A stretch of DNA of 64,000 nt. Source: Octopus vulgaris. Its lineage: Eukaryota. The position numbers were made by a program, and so were the translations under genes. Location: the NCBI GenBank assembly GCA_951406725.2, contig OX597814.1, positions 192,758,001-192,822,000 on the forward strand. The letters are read 5' to 3'. This document shows positions 34,590-48,205 of the stretch, one piece after another (position 1 is the stretch's first letter; each line of letters begins with the position of its first letter). The notes below the pieces were generated by a model that was given only the letters and a program-made list of their open reading frames with translations, was not told where the DNA came from and did not search any database.

Positions 34590-35439
34590 ATGCAAATATT
34601 CACATCCCCACCACCACCACCACAAAAACCACTCTCATCGCCATCATCATCTTATTCATTAGTTTCAGTTGTCATTTATTAAAAATATTATTATTTATTT
34701 GTTAAATATTCTCTCCAACTAATTGTTTTGTTTTATTTCCTTTTCTTGTCCACGGAATAAAAAAGTGAAGCAGCAAAGATGTGTGTCTTTTCTATCAGAA
34801 TGATTATCATTTAATGTTTTACGTTTTGCAGTATAAACTTTGTGACCATGCTGGGTCACCACCAACAGCTTCAGTTTGGTTCCCATGCCATCCGTCCTCT
34901 TCAAAAATCATGCGCACATTGCATCACAACACCAAGGCAGAACTTTCTCACCTCCAATGACCCTGCTCTCTTTAACATCGTGCCATGACACATAGGACAA
35001 GAGAAAAAAGAAAAAGAAACAATTATTGTATTGAAATGGTTCCTGGGTGAATATCTCCAACAAATTTCAGTTAAACCCTATACACCCAGATATAACAGTG
35101 CAAACTATAACTCTTTACTTGAAAGGGTTATGGTACCCACAGAATTACTGTAATGTGAAATATCATTAAATGTTGTTTCCAAGTGGTTTTTATTAAGTTA
35201 ACTTATCTGTGTATCTAAGTATATAAGTACACATACATTAATACATATGTGCGCGCACACACACACACAAACACACACACACACACACACAAACACAAAC
35301 ACACACAAACACAAACACACACACTACAATCAGCCTAGATTGTTGTGTATTGTTGGTCTTCAAATTTAACAGTCCTCAATGTTTATTGCACACACTTGCT
35401 TTGTGTATTGTTTTTGTTTTTCTGTACACAACCTCATTC

Positions 35440-35477
<38 letters not shown>

Positions 35478-35975
35478 AAATAATCACTCTGAAAACATTT
35501 GAACCTTGTTCTTTTGATTTCGTTTCCACTCCCTCTCTCTCAACATCTAACAATCCGCTTTTGTGTCACAATGGCTAATCTGCCTTTAGACAAAAATAAA
35601 TATAATTGAAACCTCTTTGCAAACTGATAACCCATTCATTTACAGATTCAGGGTCATCTCAAGGGTTTTGTTTTTAAAACCCTTAGAAACTGTAGTTTTT
35701 CTAATGAATATGCATTGTTCAGTATAAATTTCCCTTTCTTCAGTATGAGTGCAAATACTTACACCAACACCACCACCACCACCACCACCACTACCACCAA
35801 TAACAACACTATTATCACCTTCGTCATCATCATCATCATCATCACAATCATTGTATTAATTATTTTGTATTTATTAAAAATAAATTTATTTATTCTATTT
35901 TTATTTCCTTTGCCATTCACTGATTAAAAAGGTGAAGCAGCACCTTTGGGTTTTTACCTTTTTCCTATCAGAATG
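34590..35975 (+). repeat. Old diverged duplication (about 34590-34805 vs 35770-35975)
   Basis: Same order: (CAC)n, (CAT)n, ATTTATTAAAAATA, TTTTATTTCCTTT, AAAA.GTGAAGCAGCA, CTATCAGAATG. Confidence 0.5.
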
Positions 35976-36641
35976 CAAACTTGGAGGTTTACCCGTGGAA
36001 AGAAAAGCCTACGGAAAAGACCACGGTAACCTCAGTCAATGAAGTCACATGTTACATTTTTTTACAAATAAGCAACTCTCTGTATTAATTTTTACGGTTC
36101 ATAGGATCATAGTCAAGGTGGCTTCGTCATTCATACGTGCCATAGATAGACAGATTGATATATATATGTATATAGATGGACACAGATAAATAGATATATG
36201 TATATATATCTATACAGACTGATGTTTTCTTATATATACATATAGATGCAAGTGTGGCTGTGTGATAAGAAGCCTGCGTCCCAACTATATGGTCCCAGGT
36301 TCAGTCCCACTGAGTAGCACTTTGGGCAAGTGTCTTATACTGTAGCCTTAGTCCAACCAGATCCCTGTGAGTGGATATGGTAGAAGGAAACTGAAAGAAG
36401 CCTGTCGTATATATGTATATATTCGTGTGTCTGTGGTTGTCCCCACACCATCACTTGACAACCGATGTTGGGTTTTTTTACATCCCTGTAACTTTATGGT
36501 TCGGCAACAGTGACCGAGAGAATGAGTACGAGGCTTACATAAATAAAACCTGGGGTTGATATATCTGACTGAAGGTGGTGCTCCATCTACCTTCTATCTA
36601 CCTTCCTATCTATCTATCTATCTACCTACCTACCTACCTAC

Positions 36642-36696
<55 letters not shown>

Positions 36697-36928
36697 ACTA
36701 TCTATCTATCTATCTTTGTAGCTACCTTTTTATTTATCTTTCTATCTATGTCTGTGAATATAGGCGTAGGAGTGGCTGTGTGGTAAGTAGCTTGCTTACC
36801 CAACCACATGGTTCTGGGTTCAGTTCCACTGCGTGGCACCTTGGGCGAGTGTCTTATACTACAGTCTTGGGCCAACCAAAGCATTGTGAGTGGATTTGGT
36901 AGACAGAAACTATATTATAGTAATTATA

Positions 36929-37320
36929 ATTTTTTCTGTAATGAGATAAAAAAAAACCCAAGGCTGTGTAGATTTCGGAACATTTATAAATAGAAGGTCT
37001 TACAGCTGTTTCTAGGATATTCATTATATCCCTTCAGTGTGAGAAGATGGTTAAGCTATAGTTAATTTAGATAAGATAGAAAGTGAGGTGAATGAATGAA
37101 AATAGATACAATATCCCAGCATATCTCACATCTATTTTCATTCATCAACCACACTCTCTATTTCGTATCTTATCTAAATTAACTATTGCTTAACCATTTT
37201 CTCACACTGTCTCCGATGAAGGGATATAATAAATATCCTGGAAACAGCTGTAAGACCTTCTATTTATAAATGTTCTAAAATCTACACAGCCTTAATTTTT
37301 TATCTCGTTACAGAAAAATT
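36929..37320. repeat. About 390-bp foldback (arms 36929-37107 / 37130-37320), inverted pLTR-like
   Basis: Arms are reverse complements with scattered mismatches and a 22-nt loop. Confidence 0.85.
37209..37256 (+). ncRNA. Minimal type I hammerhead ribozyme motif
   Basis: GUCU-CCGAUGA-agGGAUAU(aauaa)AUAUCCug-GAAA-CAGCUG-UA-AGAC; predicted cleavage after GUA (37252). Confidence 0.7.
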
Positions 37321-37717
37321 TTTTTTTATATACACACGCTGATATATGACCTAAGTTGGACCCCTTATACACATAATCACTGAATCTGGAACTTAAGTAT
37401 GGTCTATCCATAGCACTTATTCAGCATTATCTGACACCTTTGGGTCTCACTGACACCATTACCTCTCATAACCCCCCCCTCTCTCTATATATATATAAAT
37501 ATAAGGGGGAATTTTTTTAACCATTATGTGAAAACCCTTATGCTAGAAGAAGATACGCTATGGTCTCAACCACTAAGAATTGTTCTCCAGAAAATTCCCT
37601 CTTATATTTATGTATGAAATACTATTAACTGAATCTCAGTTTTTTTATATGCTAGACCACTGGTGTTAAAATTGATGTTATCAAATTAATATCCAATTTG
37701 TCACCCTCATTTTGATT

Positions 37718-37772
<55 letters not shown>

Positions 37773-37874
37773 CCGGAGTAAACAAGGTGGAAAAAAGAGT
37801 ACTCAAATACCAGTGGTAGAGTAATATGCTTTAACAGAGTAACAGGTTTTGTTGGATTTTCTGCTGCTTTAAAT

Positions 37875-37924
<50 letters not shown>

Positions 37925-38427
37925 TAAGTCTATGTCTGGTCATACAGTAGCTTTAGAGTCTGACAAGCCATCCATGGGGCTAAGCCCTTTGTAGTTGCAA
38001 AACAATCGGTCATTCTGTAGTCGGAGGACACAGACTAAACCGTATATGAATACATTACTGCCGTTTGCTTTTAGAGTGTTCTTCTTTTTTCGGATATCTG
38101 ATAGATTGACAATATATGTATGTGTGTGCGTCTTTTTTTGTTTCACTGCTCGTTGTTTTTTTTTTTTTACACAATTGTAATCTAGCTGTTCAATAAAATG
38201 ATACTGATAGAATAAATCCTAGGCACAAAAGTATTTACTGGGATTGATGTCATTGACCAAACCCCTCAAGGCATTGCCCCAGTATGGCCGCAGTCCAGTG
38301 ACTGGCACAAGTAAAAAAAATTAAACTAACGAAATTCATATTAAATTTGTAAATTGACTTCTATTTCCTAGAATCATCACAATTTTGAATATAGACAGAC
38401 AGGCAGATAGAAAGATAGATAGATAGA

Positions 38428-39065
38428 TATGTTTCTTTGTTAGCCACACAGGGCTGCACACAGACGGGACAGATAACAAAGTAGAGCTTTTTTGGTGGGG
38501 AGAAAAAAAGTGGGGGTAGGTTTGCGATCAAAAGGGATTGTGAAAGGAAAAGAAAGAAAAAAAAGAACGATCAATAGGGATCGTGTATCACAGAAATGTC
38601 ATGATGTAAAGTGTAAAGGGGGAAGCAGATAAGGTTTATCCGTGGAAAGAAAAGCCTACGGAAAAGACCACGGTAACTTCGGTCAATAATGTTACATGTT
38701 ACCACATTTGTTTGCAAGTAGGTAACCCTCTGTTTTAAACTTTTTCGGGTTCATAGAATTATGCTCAAGGTGGTTTCGTCATTCATACGTGCCATCCTTG
38801 CTACATTCACCCATCTTTTTTGAAACATTCGCTAGACAAAACTTGTTTCTCTACTCTCACTTTCCTTTTCAAGTGATACTTGAAGAAGTTGATGAGAGAT
38901 TGACCAGAGAGGAAAGTGTTTGTTCACTAGATACATTCTTTCGCCATAGCCACAAGAATGATGAAAATAGCTCTTCCTTCCCGTTTGAAGGAGGCGTGAC
39001 AATATTGACGATAGACTCGGCTGATAAACCGACTCGTCCCACACGCGACAGCAGTCGTTCGACAT
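38428..39065 (-). mobile_element. L1/Tx1-like LINE 3' fragment lying in a (GATA)n tract upstream of DCTD (co-amplified)
   Basis: Minus strand VERLLSRVGRVGLSAESIV...LVAMAKECI...INFFKYHLKRKVRVEK; related to 56873-57440 and 35975-36140; GATA repeats on both sides. Confidence 0.65.
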
Positions 39066-39113
39066 AGATAGATAGATAGTGGGTGGACTAAATGTAAGGG
39101 ACATAAATGGCGC

Positions 39114-39210
39114 TATATAAGCAAGGGAGATAACTAGAAGCATATTGCGTTTCTAATAAGCTTGAGGACGTAAGCGGTAAATATTTCCCGCAAAATCTTA
39201 CGTATTTGAA
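39114..39210 (+). promoter_or_regulatory. DCTD core promoter: TATA (39114-39120), E2F site TTTCCCGC (39184-39191), CHR-like TTTGAA (39205-39210)
   Basis: Consensus matches within about 100 bp of the ATG, retained in copies 1, 2 and 5; consistent with an S-phase nucleotide-synthesis gene. Confidence 0.55.
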
Positions 39211-39215
39211 TCACT

Positions 39216-39812
39216 ATGGCCGAAGGTACTTCAGTTAACGGTGTTGCATCAAGCATGTCTAATAAGCGGCAAGGTTACCTTGAATGGGATGATTACTTCA
39301 TGTCAGTGGCTTTCCTCTCTGCTCAACGTAGCAAAGACCCAAGAACTCAGGTAGGAGCTTGTATTGTTAACGAAGATAGACGTATTGTTGGCATCGGATA
39401 TAACGGTATGCCTCGTGGTTGTAGTGACGATGATTTTCCTTGGTGCAATGAAGGTGTCACTGAGCTAGAAAACAAAAATTTCTACGTATGTCATGCTGAG
39501 CTTAATGCTATTCTCAATAAGAATTCTGCAGACGTTCGCAATTGCACTATATATGTTGGTTTGTTTCCTTGCAATGAATGTGCTAAAGTCATTATACAGT
39601 CTGGAATTAAAGAAGTCATATACTATTCGGATAAATATAAGGACCAAATTACCTCTAAAGCTTCTCGAATTATGTTGGATCGTGCTGAAATTAAATATCG
39701 CCAGTATCGACCTACAAACGGACAAATTGTTATAGATTTTACTTCATTAGAAGAAAAGAAAGACCGGATTATAAGTTCAGTTTTGTCCCCCATTTCTGAA
39801 CTTTCACTTTAG
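39216..39812 (+). CDS. DCTD: dCMP deaminase copy 1 (198 aa)
   Basis: [48 protein letters not shown] zinc-deaminase motifs; intronless. Confidence 0.97.
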   Translation: MAEGTSVNGVASSMSNKRQGYLEWDDYFMSVAFLSAQRSKDPRTQVGACIVNEDRRIVGIGYNGMPRGCSDDDFPWCNEGVTELENKNFYVCHAELNAILNKNSADVRNCTIYVGLFPCNECAKVIIQSGIKEVIYYSDKYKDQITSKASRIMLDRAEIKYRQYRPTNGQIVIDFTSLEEKKDRIISSVLSPISELSL

Positions 39813-40905
39813 TCAGATGCGAACATAAACACTTGGAATTCATTATATTGCCAACATTGCCTTTTCATAATGATATCCTGATATATTTTCTAGTTAAAAT
39901 TAATGGAACTGGTGAAGATTTTCTAATTTTTATATGAAATATTAACTGCTGTATTTTTAACGAAAATGTTTATTCCATTTTGTTTTCGTTTGTGTGTACA
40001 TAATATTTTAACTGCCTCTTTCTAAGAAAAGGAAACTATCCACATTTGTTCCAATACGCAGTAGCGTAGCTGGGGTGGGGTGTGTGTGCATTTTGGGCCG
40101 CACTTTTAAAGAGGCACCACCTTTGAGTCTGCTGTAGATAATGTTTTTTTTTTGTGATGGTCCGGGGGCAGCAAACAGAAAGGCATCCCCGGGCAGCACA
40201 GATTCTAGCTACGCTAGTGCCAATATTTCTTCTAACTCCATCTAATAAAAAGTTATCCGACTTCCACCCAGGATGTTGCGTCTTCTCACTAGCCTTCCTA
40301 CTACATACCCACTATTCACTGGAGCTGGTTGATGTCATACCTATTCTACTCAGGATCACCCGACTCCCTCTACCCTCTCGTCTCTTATTCAAGAAAGTAG
40401 CACGGATATTGTGTGTGGATGGAACCGCATGAATGCAAAACAGGACGAAACCCAGGTATCAGTGTGGAGGCGGGGCTCGTGGGGTCCAAGCTAAACCTGT
40501 CCCTCCACTCCATCTGTAATGTTTTCCAGTCTGTATTAGCATTCGATTTCTCCGATTTCATTATATGTTTGTAATTATGTGTAAATTTTTAATTTCATCC
40601 TTTGTGTAAAATCATTCGTGAATCTGACCCCAAATCAGGTTCTTTGTTCGCCCCTTGTGGGTACTAAAAAAACAGGTATGTATGTGTGTGTGTGTGTGTG
40701 TTCCCCCCACTCCTCTGCTTGACAACTATTTTTGGTGAGTTTACATCCCCATAACTTAGTGGTTCAGCAAAAGAGACTGAAGCAATATATACTCAGCTTA
40801 AGAAAAAAATTCCTGAGGCTAAAATTCTTCAAAGTGTATTCCATCATGGCTGCAGTCTAATGATTAAAACAAGTAAAAAAATAAGACATAAGTATGTACA
40901 CACAT

Positions 40906-41125
40906 ACGAGATAAGGTCAAAAATTATCTGCACTCTTGCCATAACAAATCTTTATTGTTGTCACACTGCCTTCAGTGCATGCATACTTATAGTTGGTACT
41001 ATTTTGGTGACGTGATCAAAGTTTGAGTCTGATTGGGCCATTTTTCTTTCTGGCATCACAGTGTAAGCATAGTCACTCCACTAGCAATGAGCACCAAAGA
41101 ATAACAAAGAGCAGTGATCTGAGAG
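40906..41125 (+). mobile_element. Mariner 5' end relic (also about 44042-44260 and 57687-57905)
   Basis: TA-CGAGATAAGGTCAAAAATTAT terminus; start of transposase STKE*QRAVI*. Confidence 0.55.
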
Positions 41126-42351
41126 ATGGTAATGGTATGGTCAGAGGACACAGACTAAACCGTGTATAAATACATTACTGCCGTTTGCTTTTAGAGTGTT
41201 CTTCTTTTTTCGGATATCTGATAGATTGACAATATATGTATGTGTGTGCGTCTTTTTTTGTTTCACTGCTCGTTGTTTTTTTTTACACAATTGTAGTCTA
41301 GATGTTCAATAAAATGATACTGATAGAATAAATCCTAGGCACAAAAGTATTTACTGGGATTGATGTCATTGACCAAACCTCTCAAGGCATTGCCCCAGTA
41401 TGGCCGCAGTCCAGTGACTGGCACAAGTAAAAAAAATTAAACTAACGAAATTCATATTAAATTTGTAAATTGACTTCTATTTCCTAGAATCATCACAATT
41501 TTGAATATAGACAGACAGGCAGATAGAAAGATAGATAGATAGATAGATATGTTTCTTTGTTAGCCACACAGGGCTGCACACAGACGGGACAGATAACAAA
41601 GTAGAGCTTTTTTGGTGGGGAGAAAAAAAGTGGGGGTAGGTTTGCGATCAAAAGGGATTGTGAAAGGGAAGGAAAGAAAAAAAAGGGGAAAAAAAGAACG
41701 ATCAATAGGGATCGTGTATCACAGAAATGTCATGATGTAAAGTGTAAAGGGGGAAGCATATAAGGTTTATCCATGGAAAGAAAAGCCTACGGAAAAGACC
41801 ACGGTAACTTCGGTCAATAATGTTACATGTTACCACATTTGTTTGCAAGTAGGTAACCCTCTGTTTTAAATTTTTTCGGGTTCATAGAATTATGCTCAAG
41901 GTGGTTTCGTCATTCATACGTGCCATCCTTGCTACATTCACCCATCTTTTTTGAAACATTCGCTAGACAAAACTTGTTTCTCTACTCTCACTTTCCTTTT
42001 CAAGTGATACTTGAAGAAGTTGATGAGAGATTGACCAGAGAGGAAAGTGTTTGTTCACTAGATACATTCTTTCGCCATAGCCACAAGAATGATGAAAATA
42101 GCTATTCCTTCCCGTTTGAAGGAGGCGTGACAATATTGACGATAGACTCGGCTGATAAACCGACTTGTCCCACACGCGACAGCAGTCGTTCGACATAGAT
42201 AGATAGATAGATAGTGGGTGGCACAAAATGTAAGGGACATAAATAGCGCTATATAAGCAAGGGAGATAACTAGAAGCATATTGCGTTTCTAATAAGCTTG
42301 AGGACGTAAGCGGTAAATATTTCCCGCAAAATCTTACGTATTTGAATCACT

Positions 42352-42948
42352 ATGGCCGAAGGTACTTCAGTTAACGGTGTTGCATCAAGCATGTCTAAAA
42401 AGCGGCAAGGTTACCTTGAATGGGATGATTACTTCATGTCAGTGGCTTTCCTCTCTGCTCAACGTAGCAAAGACCCAAGGACTCAGGTAGGAGCTTGTAT
42501 TGTTAACGAAGATCGACGTATTGTTGGCATCGGATATAACGGTATGCCACGTGGTTGTAGTGACGATGATTTTCCTTGGTGCAATGAAGGTGTCACTGAG
42601 CTAGAGAACAAAAATCTCTACGTATGTCATGCTGAGCTTAATGCTATTCTCAATAAGAATTCTGCAGACGTTCGCAATTGCACTATATATGTTGGTTTGT
42701 TTCCTTGCAATGAATGTGCTAAAGTTATTATACAGTCTGGAATTAAAGAAGTCATATACTATTCGGATAAATATAAGGACCAAATTACCTCTAAAGCTTC
42801 TCGAATTATGTTGGATCGTGCTGAAATAAAATATCGCCAGTATCGACCTACAAACGGACAAATTGTTATAGATTTTACTTCATTAGAAGAAAAGAAAGAC
42901 CGGATTATAAGTTCAGTTTTGTCCCCCATTTCTGAACTTTCACTTTAG
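42352..42948 (+). CDS. DCTD: dCMP deaminase copy 2 (198 aa)
   Basis: Intact HAE and PCxxC; private changes are synonymous. Confidence 0.97.
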   Translation: MAEGTSVNGVASSMSKKRQGYLEWDDYFMSVAFLSAQRSKDPRTQVGACIVNEDRRIVGIGYNGMPRGCSDDDFPWCNEGVTELENKNLYVCHAELNAILNKNSADVRNCTIYVGLFPCNECAKVIIQSGIKEVIYYSDKYKDQITSKASRIMLDRAEIKYRQYRPTNGQIVIDFTSLEEKKDRIISSVLSPISELSL

Positions 42949-45486
42949 TCAGATGCGAACATGAACACCTGGAATTCATTATATTGCCAACATTGCCTTT
43001 TCATAATGATATCCTGATATATTTTCTAGCTAAAATTAATGGAACTGGTGAAGATTTTCTAATTTTTATATGAAATATTAACTGCTGTATTTTTAACGAA
43101 AATGTTTATTCCATTTTGTTTTCGTTTGTGTGTACATAATATTTTAACTGCCTCTTTCTAAGAAAAGGAAACTATCCACGTTTGTTCCAATACGCAGTAG
43201 CGTAGCTGGGGTGGAGTGTGTGTGCATTTTGGGCCGCACTTTTAAAGAGGCACCACCTTTGAGTCTGCTGTAGATAATGTTTTTTTTTTGTGATGGTCCG
43301 GGGGCAGCAAACAGAAAGGCATCCCCGGGCAGCACAGATTCTAGCTACGCTAGTGCCAATATTTCTTCTAACTCCATCTAATAAAAAGTTATCCGACTTC
43401 CACCCAGGATGTTGCGTCTTCTCACTAGCCTTCCTACTACATACCCACTATTCACTGGAGCTGGTTGATGTCATACCTATTCTACTCAGGATCACCCGAC
43501 TCCCTCTACCCTCTCGTCTCTTATTCAAGAAAGTAGCACGGATATTGTGTGTGGATGGAAACCGCATGAATGCAAAACAGGACGAAACCCAGGTATCAGT
43601 GTGGAGGCGGGGCTCGTGGGGTCCAAGCTAAACCTGTCCCTCCACTCCATCTGTAATGTTTTCCAGTCTGTATTAGCATTCGATTTCTCTGATTTCATTA
43701 TATGTTTGTAATTATGTGTAAATTTTTAATTTCATCCTTTGTGTAAAATCATTCGTGAATCTGACCCCAAATCAGGTTCTTTGTTCGCCCCTTGTGGGTA
43801 CTAAAAAAACAGGTATGTATGTGTGTGTGTGTGTGTGTTCCCCCCACTCCTCTGCTTGACAACTATTTTTGGTGAGTTTACATCCCCATAACTTAGTGGT
43901 TCAGCAAAAGAGACTGAAGCAATATATACTCAGCTTAAGAAAAAAATTCCTGAGGCTAAAATTCTTCAAAGTGTATTCCATCATGGCTGCAGTCTAATGA
44001 TTAAAACAAGTAAAAAAATAAGACATAAGTATGTACACACATACGAGATAAGGTCAAAAATTATCTGCACTCTTGCCATAACAAATCTTTATTGTTGTCA
44101 CACTGCCTTCAGTGCATGCATACTTATAGTTGGTACTATTTTGGTGACGTGATCAAAGTTTGAGTCTGATTGGGCCATTTTTCTTTCTGGCATCACAGTG
44201 TAAGCATAGTCACTCCACTAGCAATGAGCACCAAAGAATAACAAAGAGCAGTGATCTGAGAGATGGTAATGGTATGGTCAGAGGACACAGACTAAACCGT
44301 GTATAAATACATTACTGCCGTTTGCTTTTAGAGTGTTCTTCTTTTTTCGGATATCTGATAGATTGACAATATATGTATGTGTGTGCGTCTTTTTTTGTTT
44401 CACTGCTCGTTGTTTTTTTTTACACAATTGTAGTCTAGATGTTCAATAAAATGATACTGATAGAATAAATCCTAGGCACAAAAGTATTTACTGGGATTGA
44501 TGTCATTGACCAAACCCCTCAAGGCATTGCCCCAGTATGGCCGCAGTCCAGTGACTGGCACAAGTAAAAAAATTAAACTAACGAAATTCATATTAAATTT
44601 GTAAATTGACTTCTATTTCCTAGAATCATCACAATTTTGAATATAGACAGACAGGCAGATAGAAAGATAGATAGATAGATAGATATGTTTCTTTGTTAGC
44701 CACACAGGGCTGCACACAGACGGGACAGATAACAAAGTAGAGCTTTTTTGGTGGGGAGAAAAAAAGTGGGGGTAGGTTTGCGATCAAAAGGGATTGTGAA
44801 AGGGAAGGAAAGAAAAAAAGGGGAAAAAAAGAACGATCAATAGGGATCGTGTATCACAGAAATGTCATGATGTAAAGTGTAAAGGGGGAAGCAGATAAGG
44901 TTTATCCGTGGAAAGAAAAGCCTACGGAAAAGACCACGGTAACTTCGGTCAATAATGTTACATGTTACCACATTTGTTTGCAAGTAGGTAACCCTCTGTT
45001 TTAAATTTTTTCGGGTTCATAGAATTATGCTCAAGGTGGTTTCGTCATTCATACGTGCCATCCTTGCTACATTCACCCATCTTTTTTGAACATTCGCTAG
45101 ACAAAACTTGCCTCTCTACTCTCACTTTCCTTTTCAAGTGATACTTGAAGAAGTTGATGAGAGATTGACCAGAGAGGAAAGTGTTTGTTCACTAGATACA
45201 TTCTTTCGCCATAGCCACAAGAATGATGAAAATAGCTCTTCCTTCCCGTTTAAAGGAAGGAGGCGTGACAATATTGACGATAGACTCGGCTGATAAACCG
45301 ACACGTCCCACATGTGACAGCAGTCGTTCGACATAGATAGATAGATAGTGGGTGGCACAAAATGTAAGGGACATAAATAGCGCTATATAAGCAAGGTAAA
45401 TAACTAGAAACACATTTGCGTTTCTAATAAGCTTGAGGACGTAAGTGGTAAATATTTTCGGCAAAGTCTTACGTATTTGATTCACT

Positions 45487-46056
45487 ATGGCAGAAGGTAC
45501 TTCTGTTAACGGTGTTGCATCAAGCATGTCTAATAAGCGGCAAGGTTACCTTGAATGGGATGATTACTTCATGTCAGTGGCTTTCCTCTCTGCTCAACGT
45601 AGCAAAGACCCAAGAACTCAGGTAGGAGCTTGTATTGTTAACGAAGATCGACGTATTGTTGGCGTCGGATATAACGGTATGCCTCGTGATTGTAGTGACG
45701 ATGATTTTCCTTGGTGCAATGAAGGTGTCACTGAGCTAGAAAACAAAAATCTCTACGTATGTCATGCTGAGCTTAATGCTATTCTCAATAAGAATTCTGC
45801 AGACGTTCGCAATTGCACTATATATGTTGGTTTGTTTCCTTGCAATGAATGTGCTAAAGTCATTATACAGTCTGGAATTAAAGAAGTCATATACTATTCG
45901 GATAAATATAAGGACAAAATTACCTCTAAAGCTTCTCGAATTATGTTGGATCATGCTAAAATAAAACATCGCCAGTATCGACCTACAAACGGACAAATTG
46001 TTATAGATTTTACTTCATTAGATGAAATGAAAGACCGGATTATAAGTTCAGTTTAG
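45487..46056 (+). CDS. DCTD: dCMP deaminase copy 3 (189 aa, L190*)
   Basis: Intact HAE/PCxxC; TTG->TAG removes the last 9 aa; 8 private missense changes. Confidence 0.9.
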   Translation: MAEGTSVNGVASSMSNKRQGYLEWDDYFMSVAFLSAQRSKDPRTQVGACIVNEDRRIVGVGYNGMPRDCSDDDFPWCNEGVTELENKNLYVCHAELNAILNKNSADVRNCTIYVGLFPCNECAKVIIQSGIKEVIYYSDKYKDKITSKASRIMLDHAKIKHRQYRPTNGQIVIDFTSLDEMKDRIISSV

Positions 46057-46949
46057 TCCCTTCTTTCTTAACTTTCACTTTAGTCAGATGCGAACATAAA
46101 CACTTGGAATTCATTATATTGCCAACATTGCCTTTTCATAATGATATCCTGTTATATTTTCTAGCTAAAATTAATGGAACTGGTGAAGATTTTCTAATTT
46201 TTATATGAAATATTAACTGCTGTATTTTTAACGAAAATGTTTATTCCATTTTGTTTTCGTTTGTGTGTACATAATATTTTAACTGCCTCTTTCTAAGAAA
46301 ATGAAACTATCCACATTTGTTCCAATACGCAGTAGCGTAGCTGGGGGTATGTGTGCATTTTGGGCCGCACTTTTAAATTCTTAGATTATTCACATTGTAG
46401 TCTTTGTTTAACTTTCAAGTTTATTTGAATTTTATTCTTTATTTTAAAAATTATTCATTCAAATCTTGATAAGCATGTTATTGTTTGAATTTTTCAACCA
46501 TAGTTTGAAATTCCACTAATTCTCAGAATTTCCTTAAGAACATTTTATTCATAATCTATGTTGTACACACCCCCAAACTGTCAACGTCAGATGACCCAGA
46601 TAATGCAGAGGAAACAAGCAATGGAATTATTTCTATTCATATCCTAAAAGATACAGAATATCTCTGTCAGTGGTTCACAACTGGGATTTATATGGACCCT
46701 GAGGGGGACCATGTAAGGTTTTGTTGCTAAAATTTTCATCTACATTAAATTGGTTCTATTTGTACAATACACAAAATATTTTAGTTTTGTTTTAATACAA
46801 TTCTTCATAATATTATAAAAGTATAATAGGATTTCTCTAAATGACGAACGGCTATGGGTGATTCACCTGTGTAAAATGGGAATCAAAGGGGGCCATAGGT
46901 GAAAAGTGGTTGAGAACCACTTATCTATGTAATTAAAGTCTTAAAGTTT

Positions 46950-47235
46950 GGATCTTTTCAGTTTGACTGGCAGATTTTTAAAATAATTTCTTTGTAAGTA
47001 AATACTTTAAAACTTTGTATACTGGTAGAATGTGTTACATAAAACATCTTCTCATGGTTTTCTTGAGAAAATTCCGTAGTTTGTAACAACAAATAGCTTA
47101 CAAACTACAGAATTTTCTCAAGAAAGCCAAGAGAAAAAGATGTTTTATGTAACACACTACCAGTATATGAAGTTTGAAAGTGTTTAGTTACAAAGAAATT
47201 ATTTAAAATATCTACTGGTCAAAGTGAAAAGATCT
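46950..47235. mobile_element. Degenerate GGATC-TIR MITE with 8-bp TSD TAAAGTTT
   Basis: Same TIR family as 3269-3662; co-duplicated in units 3, 4 and 5. Confidence 0.65.
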
Positions 47236-48205
47236 TAAAGTTTTAACTGTGAGAGCAAATGAAATAATATCAGGTATCATATAAAAGTGATATATAACAA
47301 ATGTCTTATCCTATGAAATATAAAAATTAAAAAAATATTGTTTGGAATATGCAATCTTTATAATGTAGTCAGTTGTTCTGTTGATTTATATTTTTCTATC
47401 TTGAAATAAATATGTTATCAATTCTTAATGTTTTTCTAACTTTACTAATGAACTATCCTCAAAAATTTCATATTCTTACTTCTTCATAACATTTCATTGA
47501 AGATATTTTTCTGTGAAATTCACCTGTTGCAGCCAGAAGTCATATTGTATTTTCCAGCATATATATTTCTTTACTGCCCACAAAGGGCTAAACATAGAGG
47601 GGACAAACAAGGACAGACAAAGGGATTAAGTCGATTACACCGACCGCAGTGCGTAAACTGGTAGTTTATTTATCGACCCCGAAAGGATGAAAGGCAAAAT
47701 CGACCTTGGCGTAATTTGAACTCAGAACGTAACGACAGTCAAAATACAGCTAAGCATTTTGCCCAGTGCGCTAACGTTTCTGCCAGCTCGCTGCCTTTTC
47801 AATTTTTCCAGCCTATATGTTAACACAATATATTGTATAAACATGTAGTGTAAAACATTCAGACATCATCATTATCTTCCCATATCCTGTTATACATTCT
47901 TTCGCCATTGCCACAAGAATGATGAAAATAGCTCTTCCTTCCCATTTGAAGGAAGGAGGCGTGACAATATTGACGATAGACTCGGCTGATAAACCGACTC
48001 GTCCCACACGCGACAGCAGTCGTTCGACATAGATAGATAGATAGATAGAGATAGAAAGATAGATAGACAGTGGGTGGCACAAAATGTAAGGGACGTAAAT
48101 ACCGCTATAAGCAAGGGAGATAACTAGAAACATATTTGCGTTTCTCATAAGTCGAGGAAGTAATCTGTAAATATTTCCCGCAAAATCTTACGTATTTGAT
48201 TCACT

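Noticed and set aside
39090-39175. Four TAAG motifs upstream of an intronless nucleotide-metabolism gene, suggesting a baculovirus-like late promoter or viral origin
   Set aside because: The protein closely resembles animal DCTD, there are no neighbouring viral genes, and TAAG is common in AT-rich DNA.
38789-40432. Recurrent small ORFs flanking each DCTD (MPSLLHSP..., MMVRGQQ..., antisense MSVCRSIL...) as an operon-like cassette
   Set aside because: They recur only because the DNA is duplicated. They overlap LINE relics or the DCTD antisense strand, use non-ATG starts and frameshift between units.
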